Virus record (IMG/VR): IMGVR_UViG_3300028394_002328
Span: 1-64,000 of that record
DNA: 64,000 nt
Strand: one strand, 5' to 3'
A program made the translations under genes and the position numbers. The notes under the pieces were generated by a model. It saw nothing but the letters and a program-made list of their open reading frames with translations, was not told the DNA's origin and made no database searches. Positions 43,173-52,958 of the stretch are shown here, in pieces (the stretch's first letter is position 1; every line of letters begins with the position of its first letter).

Positions 43173-43891
43173 AAACACTTTATGTATGTGGTGATAGTTT
43201 TTTAACACCCAGTGCATTATATCCCAACACGCATTTTACAGAAATTATTTCAAAAAAATTAGGGTATGATTTAAAAGTATTGGCTCATGGGGGAATGAGT
43301 AATAACGGAATATGTCTTCAAATTGAAGCAGCAATTGCTAATAATGCATCATTTGTAATAGCATCTCCTACCTATTACGATAGAACTGAAATTCCAATAA
43401 TAGACAAATTAACAAATTATAATGCTACCGATTTATTTTATTATGGTAATACTTACAGTAATTATGATAATAAAGTTGATCATTCTCTATTTTCTGACTC
43501 AATTAATTCACTATTATCTGCCGATAATAAGGAAAGGTTTAAAAAAATACCAAATATGATAGAAAAAGTTAACACATTGAAAGATTATCTAGTTAATTTA
43601 TATAATATAAATTGGAAGCAGCAACAAGATATATGGGCTTTATATGCAACATTTCATAAATTGCATATGTCTAATATACCCTATATCATGGTATTAGACA
43701 GAATGAATATCGCATCAGAATTTAATTGGTTAACTGAAAAAAATAATACTTTACCATATGGTGATATTGCACACTTAGTTAACGATGGTACTATTAAAGT
43801 AGATCCTGGGTATCATACATTTCCCGAGGATCAACTTTATATAGCAGATAAAATTTTAGAACATATTGAAAAATTTAATATATTAAATTAA
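43169..43891 (+). CDS. SGNH/GDSL hydrolase-like protein
   Basis: 'VCGDSF', 'GGMSNNGI' and C-terminal 'DPGYHT'. Confidence 0.65.
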   Translation: MKTLYVCGDSFLTPSALYPNTHFTEIISKKLGYDLKVLAHGGMSNNGICLQIEAAIANNASFVIASPTYYDRTEIPIIDKLTNYNATDLFYYGNTYSNYDNKVDHSLFSDSINSLLSADNKERFKKIPNMIEKVNTLKDYLVNLYNINWKQQQDIWALYATFHKLHMSNIPYIMVLDRMNIASEFNWLTEKNNTLPYGDIAHLVNDGTIKVDPGYHTFPEDQLYIADKILEHIEKFNILN

Positions 43892-44238
43892 CCATACTTC
43901 TTCATTTCTCTTACTGGGTCATTTAGTTTTTCTGCCATACTATTTTTTAAATCGTACCGTTTATGCATTACATCTCTGACATGCAATGCTCTACGACCCA
44001 CTTCTGCTAAATCGTATAAATGTTCAATACGGAATTTTTTAAAATCATCTTCTAAATCCCACACTTCCGCGTGTACTTCATATAATTGATCAAGTTCGTC
44101 CTTTATTAGTTCAAAATCAATGTCATGTAATTGTTCAGTGTAGAAGTCTAGTTCTTCTTTATTATTGCCTAATTTTGCAAATTTTAATTTGGCAATGCAA
44201 TAACGGTCTACTAATTCAATAACGGGAAATTTATACAT
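43888..44238 (-). CDS. Hypothetical helical protein (DUF6165/DUF4254-like)
   Basis: 'ELVDR.CI..LK...LYEVH..VWDLED...R...KN...E.K.Y' pattern; last gene of the inverted cassette. Confidence 0.55.
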   Translation of the reverse strand: MYKFPVIELVDRYCIAKLKFAKLGNNKEELDFYTEQLHDIDFELIKDELDQLYEVHAEVWDLEDDFKKFRIEHLYDLAEVGRRALHVRDVMHKRYDLKNSMAEKLNDPVREMKKYG

Positions 44239-45439
44239 TTATTATTTCTACCTTTGGAAAATATTTTAAGAAAATGTCTTGCTCAATATTACGCACTGTT
44301 TTAATTCTTTTACTAATCTCTGTAAAAAAGTTCCAAGCCAATGGCATAAACACAAGCCGATCATTTGAACTAAACTCTTTGATAGCATCAGGTCCTTTTA
44401 TAAGAATATTTGTTCCTGGCGTATACAAATTATGCTTTAATGGGTTGTCATCTATAATCAAATCTAACTTCATATCTAAGAAATTCAATAGTGTATTACC
44501 TTTTGCGGCTGCACCGTAGCCAATTATTTTATAGCCGTTAAACTTATAGGACTCTATAGTACGCTTTAACTCGTCCATATTACTTTTGACATTTTTTTCC
44601 CATATAGTATACGTTTTTATGTTTAGTAAGGCTTTCTCTGTTTTGATTTTGTCATCGATGGTCGATGAATCATCCTTAGTACTTAATATGAATAAGTAAC
44701 TGTTACCGTGTACAGGAGTTTTGATAGCGTCAATCAAGTATAGCCCTGCTCTTTTGGCTAACTCATACAGACTGTTGATATTAAAGAAATTAATATGCTC
44801 ATGGTATATAGTATCAAACTCATTATTCAGAACCATATCTGCTTGACTAGTCTGAATGAATAATAGTGTATGGTTACTCATCAACTTTTTACAAGTTTGT
44901 AAGAATTCTAGTGGGTTAGGATTATGTGCAAAAACATTTTGGGCAGTTATAGCATCAAATTCATATTTAATTTTATCTACCACATCAGGACCAAAAAAGT
45001 CACATATGACATTATGTTTTGCTGAACTAGTAGGATAGATATTTTCTGCTGGATCTACGCCAAACGTGTTAAACCCTCTAGACTTGAAAGAATCTAATTG
45101 AGTTCCGTCATTGCATCCAATATCTAATACATTGGATGTTTGTTTGTTTAGTTTTTCAATGACATAATTAGCAAACCATTCGCTATAATCTTTTAGGGTT
45201 TTGCTAGTACCGCTTACATACAAGTAGTTTTTATAGATTGTTTTTGGATCAACCGTATGAGTTAATTGAAGATGATAGCAGATTCTGCATAAATTTACTG
45301 CTAGAGGATACCGATCTTCAATCCCATCTTTAAGATTGAGATAACTGTTAGCCAATGGTTGAATACCTAGGTCAAGCGCCAATGACAAATTTTTATTACC
45401 ACACGCTAAACACGCATGATTGTATTCTATTTTACTCAT
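44231..45439 (-). CDS. SAM-dependent NDP-hexose C-methyltransferase-like protein (Zn-binding N-terminus)
   Basis: 'CLACG...LGIQPLAN...C..C..LQL', 'LDIGCNDG', 'NVFAH', 'FDTIYHEH', 'GYGAAAKGNT'. Confidence 0.88.
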   Translation of the reverse strand: MSKIEYNHACLACGNKNLSLALDLGIQPLANSYLNLKDGIEDRYPLAVNLCRICYHLQLTHTVDPKTIYKNYLYVSGTSKTLKDYSEWFANYVIEKLNKQTSNVLDIGCNDGTQLDSFKSRGFNTFGVDPAENIYPTSSAKHNVICDFFGPDVVDKIKYEFDAITAQNVFAHNPNPLEFLQTCKKLMSNHTLLFIQTSQADMVLNNEFDTIYHEHINFFNINSLYELAKRAGLYLIDAIKTPVHGNSYLFILSTKDDSSTIDDKIKTEKALLNIKTYTIWEKNVKSNMDELKRTIESYKFNGYKIIGYGAAAKGNTLLNFLDMKLDLIIDDNPLKHNLYTPGTNILIKGPDAIKEFSSNDRLVFMPLAWNFFTEISKRIKTVRNIEQDIFLKYFPKVEIINV

Positions 45440-46337
45440 ATGGTATGAACTGGTTTCTATTGCTAAAGGTTGTCTGATCTATCTTAGATACAATATCATT
45501 GACAATTGAGTCAATAGTCTCTTTAAACTGAAAGTTATAAGTATGCTTAAATTTTTGAGTGTTCATAATAAAATCATAAACGCCTGTTACGCTAGGTTGT
45601 ATTTTTATATTTGAAGTAGTTAAACTACTAACCATTAGGCTAATGTTATCAACAGTGTCATAGAAGCTAGCCAAGTTGTATATTCCAACTTTTGGATTCT
45701 GTAGTACACTATTAACTGCAAGACCAATATCAGCGATACCCAATATTGGTCTTGTTATTTCTTTATTATTAATAAAAATGGTACCCAACTCAATTGATTT
45801 TTTAGTCATTGAATTAATCATTAGGTCTTCCCGCATGTTTGGACTCCATCCATTCACTGTTCCAAATCTAAATCCAATTATATTATACCCATCTTGAATA
45901 AACTTTAGTGCATGTGTATCAAGCGTGTATTTGGTTAGATCATAGTTGTTTATGGGTTTAAATAGCAAATTACTATCTTCGCTCGTTTCTTTGGCAGAGT
46001 TACCGTACACACTTCCGCTGCTTGCATAAATCAATGTTTGTTTTTTGTCAATCATTGATACCAAATTGACAAAGTTATTAACATTGTTGTTAAAACTTGA
46101 AGTAATATCGCCGTTACACATATTCACTGAACTATGACCGGCAAGTAGAATTATGGCATCAAACTTACCTAGGAATTCTTTGGAAAGAGTATTGTAATCC
46201 TGTGTAATACTAGTACCTAGATTTCTTTCAAACCAACAAAGGTCAACACTCTGCATTTGGTATTGATATTGAAGGTCATGTATTAGTCTAGATCCTATAT
46301 ATCCATTGCCTCCCAAAATTAAGACTGTTTTAGCCAT
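45432..46337 (-). CDS. NAD-dependent epimerase/dehydratase (extended SDR)
   Basis: 'LGGNGYIG', 'YASSGSVYG', YxxxK 'YDLTK', 'RFGTVNG'. Confidence 0.88.
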   Translation of the reverse strand: MAKTVLILGGNGYIGSRLIHDLQYQYQMQSVDLCWFERNLGTSITQDYNTLSKEFLGKFDAIILLAGHSSVNMCNGDITSSFNNNVNNFVNLVSMIDKKQTLIYASSGSVYGNSAKETSEDSNLLFKPINNYDLTKYTLDTHALKFIQDGYNIIGFRFGTVNGWSPNMREDLMINSMTKKSIELGTIFINNKEITRPILGIADIGLAVNSVLQNPKVGIYNLASFYDTVDNISLMVSSLTTSNIKIQPSVTGVYDFIMNTQKFKHTYNFQFKETIDSIVNDIVSKIDQTTFSNRNQFIPYE

Positions 46338-46344
46338 TGTGATT

Positions 46345-46352
46345 TATTTATA
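46345..46352 (-). promoter_or_regulatory. Putative late promoter, perfect TATAAATA on the minus strand
   Basis: The plus strand reads TATTTATA; the motif ends 7 nt before the minus-strand ATG at 46337. Confidence 0.6.
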
Positions 46353-46368
46353 TGGTAATATAGTCTAC

Positions 46369-46376
46369 AATAAATA
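46369..46376 (+). promoter_or_regulatory. Putative late promoter (AATAAATA), divergent partner
   Basis: Ends 5 nt before ATG 46382. Confidence 0.5.
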
Positions 46377-46381
46377 ATGCA

Positions 46382-47524
46382 ATGATTGTGAATAATCTTA
46401 AATTCTATTATATAGATACTGTATCTGCCTCAGATAATGAAGTCCCTTCAATTAGGTACGCCAGTGCTTATCAATCGTTGCCGATATATTCTAACCATAA
46501 TTATTATTACATAGAATTTAAACGGTCTCTTTCTAGTTTATCTGAATGTTTGATTAAGGACAATGTATTACATCAGCTAGTACACGGTGACTTATACCTT
46601 GCGCTATGTAATAGTCATGAAGCCTTTCATTCTGTAGTTGATGAAGTATATGAACACGCTGTAATAGAATTAGCCATTCCTGAACATAAGATTATATTAA
46701 TAAGCGAATCAGCGGATATAGTCACTGAAGTTAACGATGTGGCATTACAATTGGGTAAACATCCTATTAAAACTCTTTGGGCTAGAATTTTTGAATGGGC
46801 AGGTAATAGATATATTAATTCCGTTTTAAACGGTAAAACTAATCCCAAATTAATAGACAAATCTTTTGGTAAAGCTTTTTTAAATTTTAATAGGAGATGG
46901 AGAACACACAGACCTGCTTTAGTAGCATTATTATTTGCTAATAATTTATTAGATAGGGGTTATGTAAGTTTGGCTCCGGTAGAGGGAACGAATTGGGAAC
47001 TGATTTGGTGGTCATTAGTATCGTATCATAATGAAGAGATATCTACATTGTTAACAATGTACAAAGACGATATATGCAACATACCTCCTTTATTTTTAGA
47101 CGCCGAAAATATGGAAGTCAACCGAGTTGAACATAGTGAGTCAGTAGCATATTTGTATAATGACAGTTATTTTAGCATAGTGACTGAAACAAATTATTAT
47201 GCCAATCAACCGGGACGATTCTTCAGTGAAAAAGTTTTTAAACCAGTTGTTATGGAACATCCATTTATAATAGTATCTAGGCCACATTCACTAGCAAAAT
47301 TTAAAGAATTGGGCTATAAATCATTTAGTCCATATATTGATGAATCATACGATGAAGTAGAAGATGACTCGGAAAGATTACTAGCGATAGTAAACGAAAT
47401 AAAAAGATTGTCTCTTTTATCCCCTACAGAATTGTCAGAATTTTTAATCAATGTAAAGCCTATATGCGATTATAATTTTAAAATTTTGTTAACTAAAAAA
47501 AATTTTATTACCCATTTAAATTAA
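46382..47524 (+). CDS. Putative glycosyltransferase (GT10-like C-terminal domain), copy B
   Basis: 'KAFLNFNRRWRTHR', 'SYFSIVTET...FFSEKVFKP...HPFI...DESYD'; full-length paralog of 41314..42543. Confidence 0.55.
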   Translation: MIVNNLKFYYIDTVSASDNEVPSIRYASAYQSLPIYSNHNYYYIEFKRSLSSLSECLIKDNVLHQLVHGDLYLALCNSHEAFHSVVDEVYEHAVIELAIPEHKIILISESADIVTEVNDVALQLGKHPIKTLWARIFEWAGNRYINSVLNGKTNPKLIDKSFGKAFLNFNRRWRTHRPALVALLFANNLLDRGYVSLAPVEGTNWELIWWSLVSYHNEEISTLLTMYKDDICNIPPLFLDAENMEVNRVEHSESVAYLYNDSYFSIVTETNYYANQPGRFFSEKVFKPVVMEHPFIIVSRPHSLAKFKELGYKSFSPYIDESYDEVEDDSERLLAIVNEIKRLSLLSPTELSEFLINVKPICDYNFKILLTKKNFITHLN

Positions 47525-47526
47525 CT

Positions 47527-48336
47527 ATGACAGATTTATCTAACATTGATTTTGGTAAATATAAACGCTTCTTTGCGTTTGGATGCAGTTTTACTTCATA
47601 TCATTGGCCTACTTGGGCTGATGTATTAGCATCTGAAATGCCTAATGCTGAATTTTACAATTTTGGACATTGCGGTGGTGGTAATTCAATGATATCTAAT
47701 CGCATTGCTGAAGCAAATTGTAGATATAAATTTACCGATACTGATTTAGTTGTGCCGATGTGGACTACATTTTGTAGAGAAGATAGGTATAGAACTGGTC
47801 AATGGATGAGTACTGGTAATATGTTTAGCCAAAATGAATTTGATGAAGAATTTGTGAGAAAATATTGCGACCCAATTGGATATTTGTTAAGAGATTTAGC
47901 AATAATTACTGTTACAAGTACCTATCTTAAATCCTTGCCTTCTGATTCATTCATGTTAAATGGAGTACCTTATACTTATCAAATGGATATTGAAACCGCA
48001 CCATATCCAAAATTAAAAGAAATTTTGGAATTATATAAAGACACTATTAGCTTAACTCCACCTGCATTAGTTGATTTAGAATTAGGAGGTGAATTTAAAC
48101 ACGGTCATGAATACTCAAGGACGCATAATGGTGATTGGTACTTAGACTATCATCCAAACACATTGCATTATAATGGATACCTTAAAAAAATAGGTCTACC
48201 GTTAACATCTAAATCTTCAATGTATACAGAACATTCAATGACATTGTTAAAATCAACTAAAACAGAAGCACAATTGATCATCGCCTTTAATAAAATGGTT
48301 GACGATAGAAATACAAAATTAAAAAATCTTTTTTGA
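47527..48336 (+). CDS. SGNH/GDSL hydrolase-like protein
   Basis: 'FGCSFT', 'GGGNSMI' and 'DYHP' blocks. Confidence 0.6.
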   Translation: MTDLSNIDFGKYKRFFAFGCSFTSYHWPTWADVLASEMPNAEFYNFGHCGGGNSMISNRIAEANCRYKFTDTDLVVPMWTTFCREDRYRTGQWMSTGNMFSQNEFDEEFVRKYCDPIGYLLRDLAIITVTSTYLKSLPSDSFMLNGVPYTYQMDIETAPYPKLKEILELYKDTISLTPPALVDLELGGEFKHGHEYSRTHNGDWYLDYHPNTLHYNGYLKKIGLPLTSKSSMYTEHSMTLLKSTKTEAQLIIAFNKMVDDRNTKLKNLF

Positions 48337-48350
48337 ACTTAGGAATATTA

Positions 48351-50705
48351 ATGAAAAAAGTAACAATGATTGGAGTAGGCAAATTAGGACAAGACTGTGC
48401 TGAGGTAATGGCAGACGCGGGCTATGATGTAATCGGTTATGATATAGAACCTAGGTCACCTAAGTTTCCTATGATGAATACTATTAAAGAAGCAGTCATT
48501 GACCGTGATATTATTTTTATTGCTGCACCAACACCACATGATCCTATATACGGCGGTGAAACTCCTACTAGTCATTTACCTAATAAAGACTTTAATTATA
48601 ATATAGTAATCAATATACTCAATGAGGTAAACATATTCGTTAATAAAAAGCAACTAGTTGTACTTATAAGCACCGTGTTACCCGGGACAGTTCGTAATCA
48701 TTTAGAACCTTGTATTACTAACGCTAGATTCATTTACAACCCATACTTGATTGCAATGGGCACGGTCAAATGGGACATGGTAAACCCTGAAATGATTATC
48801 ATTGGAACAGAAGATGGTAGTATTACAGGTGATGCACAAGAGTTGATTGATTTTTATAATGTGTTTATGAATAATAATCCTAGGTACGAAGTAGGTACTT
48901 GGGATGAAGCAGAATCAATAAAGATTTTTTATAATACTTTTATTAGTACTAAGTTAGCACTAGTGAATATGGTTCAAGACGTAGCCGAAACAAACGGCAA
49001 CATTAATGTAGACATTGTTACCAAAGCATTAGCAAATAGTACACAGCGTATTATGGGCCCTGCATATATGCAAGCTGGCTTAGGAGATGCAGGAGCGTGT
49101 CATCCTAGAGATAATATTGCATTAAGGTATTTAGCCGATAGATTAGACTTGGGCTATGATCTGTTTGATTGCATAATGACCGCTAGAGAAGTACAAGCAG
49201 AGCGTATGGCACTCAGATGTTTAAAGAATGGTAAGAACGTCACTATTATCGGTAAAGCATATAAACCTAAAGTACCTTACACAAATGGTAGCGCTAGCAT
49301 GTTGGTCGGTTATTATATTGAAAAACATGGAGGCTATATTAATTATTACGATGAAAATACAGGTGATTTAGATTTAAAAACAGAATGGACTGAAGTATAT
49401 TTAATTGGATATTGGGAAGATTGGGTGCATCATGCATTAAATAATATTCCATGTGATTATAGGTCAGTAGTTATAATTGATCCATGGAGGAAGATTTCTG
49501 ACCATAATGCATCTTATAAGTTTGAAACTATCGAATACGGTAATACTAGACCAAAAAATATATATGGTGTAGAAAACTCTCAATATCTAATTTATCAAAC
49601 CGGTCATTTAAAGAATTTGTTTGGGTTATGGCCTGAAATGGAAAAACATAAAGATATTATTCATCTCATTGATGCTGAATCAGGTCCAACAAAATTTCAT
49701 TTGAGACCCACGGAATTGATTGTAGAAGAAATATTAGAGGCTTCTAAGAATGGAAAAATTAAATTTTTATTTAATAATTTAGCTGAAGGATATCAAATTC
49801 CAGCAGTAGACAAAATTCACCGCATTGCAAATATATTAGAAAATCAAATTGATTCCAAGAATCTTATATATTTGACATCTTCGCCCGGAGTAGAACAAAT
49901 ATATGAAGATTTGTTTTCCAGTAAAAAGAATAAAAATTGGAAAAATAAAATTTCAATATTGTCTGCCCATGCTTTTCATTTATATACTCAGTGGAGTATG
50001 TTAGAGCTTAAAGAGTTAACTAATTATATAATTAAAGAAAAATCTAAAGATTTTTTATGTTTCAACAAAGTTCCTCGTGAGCATCGAATCAGACTACTTA
50101 ATAGAGTGCTAGAGCATAATATGCTAGATAAAGGTTATTATTCGTTTGAAGGGTTACCAAATTGGTTAGAATTCTTACCATACGAATTTACTAGTATTAA
50201 ATTAAATAAACATAAATTTCCAATAAAATTAAATATAACCCCTGAAAGACCAAATCCGTTAATGGTAGAAGTTCAGGATCTTAAATATTTTGATGATAGT
50301 TATTTTAGTATAGTTACCGAAACAACTTTTTATAATAATGACCATCCGCGTATTGTTAGATATGGGACCTTAGATAATATTTTTATTACTGAAAAGACTT
50401 TTAAATGTTTTCCTGCAATGCACCCGTTCATTGTATTTGCTTATCCTAATTTATTATCTGAATTAAGAAAACTTGGGTATAAAACGTTTGCACCCTTTAT
50501 AGATGAATCATATGATACTATTATCAATGATGATGATAGATTTGAAGCAATATGGAAAGAAATAACTAGATTATTACATAAAACACCTGAAGAATGGATT
50601 CAATGGCAATCTGGCATCAAAGAAATCGTTGAATTTAATAAAAATCATTTTTATTCAAATACAAATTATTCTTCTACCCCTATTGACGATATTTTTGGAG
50701 ACTAA
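48351..50705 (+). CDS. UDP-glucose/GDP-mannose dehydrogenase family protein fused to a GT10-like domain
   Basis: 'IGVGKLG', 'STVLPGT', 'AESIKIFYNTF', 'GACHPRD', 'GKAYKP'; C-terminal 'SYFSIVTET...TEKTFK...HPFI...DESYD'. ATG 48351 preferred over TTG 48333. Confidence 0.85.
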   Translation: MKKVTMIGVGKLGQDCAEVMADAGYDVIGYDIEPRSPKFPMMNTIKEAVIDRDIIFIAAPTPHDPIYGGETPTSHLPNKDFNYNIVINILNEVNIFVNKKQLVVLISTVLPGTVRNHLEPCITNARFIYNPYLIAMGTVKWDMVNPEMIIIGTEDGSITGDAQELIDFYNVFMNNNPRYEVGTWDEAESIKIFYNTFISTKLALVNMVQDVAETNGNINVDIVTKALANSTQRIMGPAYMQAGLGDAGACHPRDNIALRYLADRLDLGYDLFDCIMTAREVQAERMALRCLKNGKNVTIIGKAYKPKVPYTNGSASMLVGYYIEKHGGYINYYDENTGDLDLKTEWTEVYLIGYWEDWVHHALNNIPCDYRSVVIIDPWRKISDHNASYKFETIEYGNTRPKNIYGVENSQYLIYQTGHLKNLFGLWPEMEKHKDIIHLIDAESGPTKFHLRPTELIVEEILEASKNGKIKFLFNNLAEGYQIPAVDKIHRIANILENQIDSKNLIYLTSSPGVEQIYEDLFSSKKNKNWKNKISILSAHAFHLYTQWSMLELKELTNYIIKEKSKDFLCFNKVPREHRIRLLNRVLEHNMLDKGYYSFEGLPNWLEFLPYEFTSIKLNKHKFPIKLNITPERPNPLMVEVQDLKYFDDSYFSIVTETTFYNNDHPRIVRYGTLDNIFITEKTFKCFPAMHPFIVFAYPNLLSELRKLGYKTFAPFIDESYDTIINDDDRFEAIWKEITRLLHKTPEEWIQWQSGIKEIVEFNKNHFYSNTNYSSTPIDDIFGD

Positions 50706-50708
50706 TAA

Positions 50709-52958
50709 TTGGATTTTAACCTAACGTCATTAGCAGTAGATAAGTTAGTTCCTAAAGAACGGCCTACAGAAGATATTGCCGATGCCCGACATCGTAATAT
50801 GATGGAGGCTATAGCGCCCTATGCAAAGAAAACAGAACAAAAAAATCTAACACCTGTATATGTTAATTATAAAACCCGCAATACTAAATTAGTATTGGTA
50901 TTATGTCCTGAATGGAGTCCGTATATGCCGCCCTTTAGTCTAGCTAGACTAAGTGGTATAGCAAAAAGTGCAGGATATGAAACTACTATTATGGATTTGA
51001 ATGTTAGAGCCTATAACGAATATCGTAACGATTGGCAACCTAATAAAAAACTCCCATTCAGACTATGGGATCCTAGTAGCAGTTGGCACTGGCTAGGCGA
51101 GACTTATATGAATGATATTCATCCCGTATTAGAGCCTGTACTTAGTAAAGCAATAGATGATATAGTTGAACTAAATCCTGAAGTAGTTGGCTTTAGTATA
51201 TATTATATTAGTGAAGAGCCAACTAAGTGGATGTGTAAAGAACTCAAACGTAGACTGCCCAATGTAAAAATTGCAGTAGGTGGACCCAACGTACACAAGA
51301 GTTGGTTTAAAGTAGAACCATATTATGATTATGCAGTTGTGGGTGAAGGTGAGGCAAACTTATTAGTATTACTTGAAGAAGTAGAAAACGGTATCAACCA
51401 CAGTGAACCTAAGATTCTAGATCAACCCGAAGAGCAGCGTATCAACATAAATGGCTTGCCTATGCCAGACTATGAGTCTATAGATTTTAGTCAATATGAA
51501 TTGCCTAACGGAGTAAACACAGAAATTAGTAGGGGCTGTACAGCAAAATGTACTTTTTGCGAAGAGACACATTTTTGGCGATATCGTCAGCGTCAATCTG
51601 TTGATTTGATTACGGAAATCGAATGGCTATACTATAATAAGGGTACAGATGTTGTTTGGTTCATTGATAGTTTAGTCAATGGCAACTTAAAAGAGTTGAG
51701 GGCTTTTGTCAAAGGAGTCGCCGCTAAAGGTCTTAAGATTAAGTGGACAGGATATGCCCGCTGTGACGGCCGAATGGATCTAGAATACATGAAAGATTTA
51801 GCTGCCGGTGGTTGTATCATGTTTAACTATGGGATAGAATCCGGTAGTCAAAAAGTATTGGACGATATGGCTAAAGGCGTCACGATTGCAGAGATGGAAC
51901 AAAACTTCATCGATGGTAAAAAGGTGGGTATATGGGCTGCTACAAACTGGATTGTAGGATTCCCCACTGAAAATTTTCAAGACTATGCCGATAGCATGAC
52001 ACTACTATGGCGTATGCGTAATAATAATATTAATAACGCCGGCTTGGGAGTAGGTTATGGCTTGGGCCCTGAAACTATAGTAGGTCAAAATCCGCATAAA
52101 TTTAATATTAGTTGGCACAAGTATCAAGGACATTGGATTACAAAAGACTTGACAATGGGCGGTACTCATGTCATGACTAGAGTAAAAACGTTTCATATGT
52201 TTGCCGATTTTATACAGGGGTGTAGTGAAGTTCCAATTGGTTATCCAGTGAGACACAGTTTAGCAAGAGAACATTATAAAATAGAATTGAATGATCCTAA
52301 GTGTATCAAAGAAATTGAATATGAAAAATTTGATTATAATATTATTAAAGTAGATATTAATCCATTTGCTAATACATTAGTAAATGAAATGTGGCCATTC
52401 TTTCGAATGCTTTGGAAAACTAGAGGTGGATATAAAGCTGTAGTGAAATTTCATCCTGACATTGATTTAAAAGAGTTTGGCAGTCAGTTTGGACCCGGCA
52501 TGTATTATGCTACTTATAAGTTTGATATCACGGATGACGGCAAGTGGGATGCCGATTTTGATATTATTTTTAATCAAGTAGATAATATATTTGACGATAG
52601 AGAACGTCCGCCTCTAGGTAGAAAAGGTCCTTTTTACGCACAAGACTATAGTAGAATTCAAGCTAATACAGCCAAACGTGCCCGTAAATTAGCAAAGCCA
52701 ACATGGAGCGATGAAGAAGGTAGAGATGGACAAGATTTTACAGACTTGTTAAATGAAGAACAAATGTTAAATGAAACTATTGATTTCTCATTTAAGCTAC
52801 ATTGGGTTGAGTCAGGTGATTGGGGCAACTATGCCGACTATGAAGTTAAAGTTTCTGATACTACTACCGTTGTGATTCCTGAAAAGAAAGCAATGTCGGC
52901 TACAGAATTTGCTACAATTGACGTAACATCTATTAAAAAACGTGAACCCAATACTTGA
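50709..52958 (+). CDS. B12-binding-domain radical SAM enzyme (class B methyltransferase-like)
   Basis: 'PPFSLARL...VVGFS...IAVGGP...VVGEGE' cobalamin-binding domain; 'RGCTAKCTFC'; 'GIESGSQKVL..M.KG'; 'IVGFPTE'. Confidence 0.9.
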   Translation: MDFNLTSLAVDKLVPKERPTEDIADARHRNMMEAIAPYAKKTEQKNLTPVYVNYKTRNTKLVLVLCPEWSPYMPPFSLARLSGIAKSAGYETTIMDLNVRAYNEYRNDWQPNKKLPFRLWDPSSSWHWLGETYMNDIHPVLEPVLSKAIDDIVELNPEVVGFSIYYISEEPTKWMCKELKRRLPNVKIAVGGPNVHKSWFKVEPYYDYAVVGEGEANLLVLLEEVENGINHSEPKILDQPEEQRININGLPMPDYESIDFSQYELPNGVNTEISRGCTAKCTFCEETHFWRYRQRQSVDLITEIEWLYYNKGTDVVWFIDSLVNGNLKELRAFVKGVAAKGLKIKWTGYARCDGRMDLEYMKDLAAGGCIMFNYGIESGSQKVLDDMAKGVTIAEMEQNFIDGKKVGIWAATNWIVGFPTENFQDYADSMTLLWRMRNNNINNAGLGVGYGLGPETIVGQNPHKFNISWHKYQGHWITKDLTMGGTHVMTRVKTFHMFADFIQGCSEVPIGYPVRHSLAREHYKIELNDPKCIKEIEYEKFDYNIIKVDINPFANTLVNEMWPFFRMLWKTRGGYKAVVKFHPDIDLKEFGSQFGPGMYYATYKFDITDDGKWDADFDIIFNQVDNIFDDRERPPLGRKGPFYAQDYSRIQANTAKRARKLAKPTWSDEEGRDGQDFTDLLNEEQMLNETIDFSFKLHWVESGDWGNYADYEVKVSDTTTVVIPEKKAMSATEFATIDVTSIKKREPNT

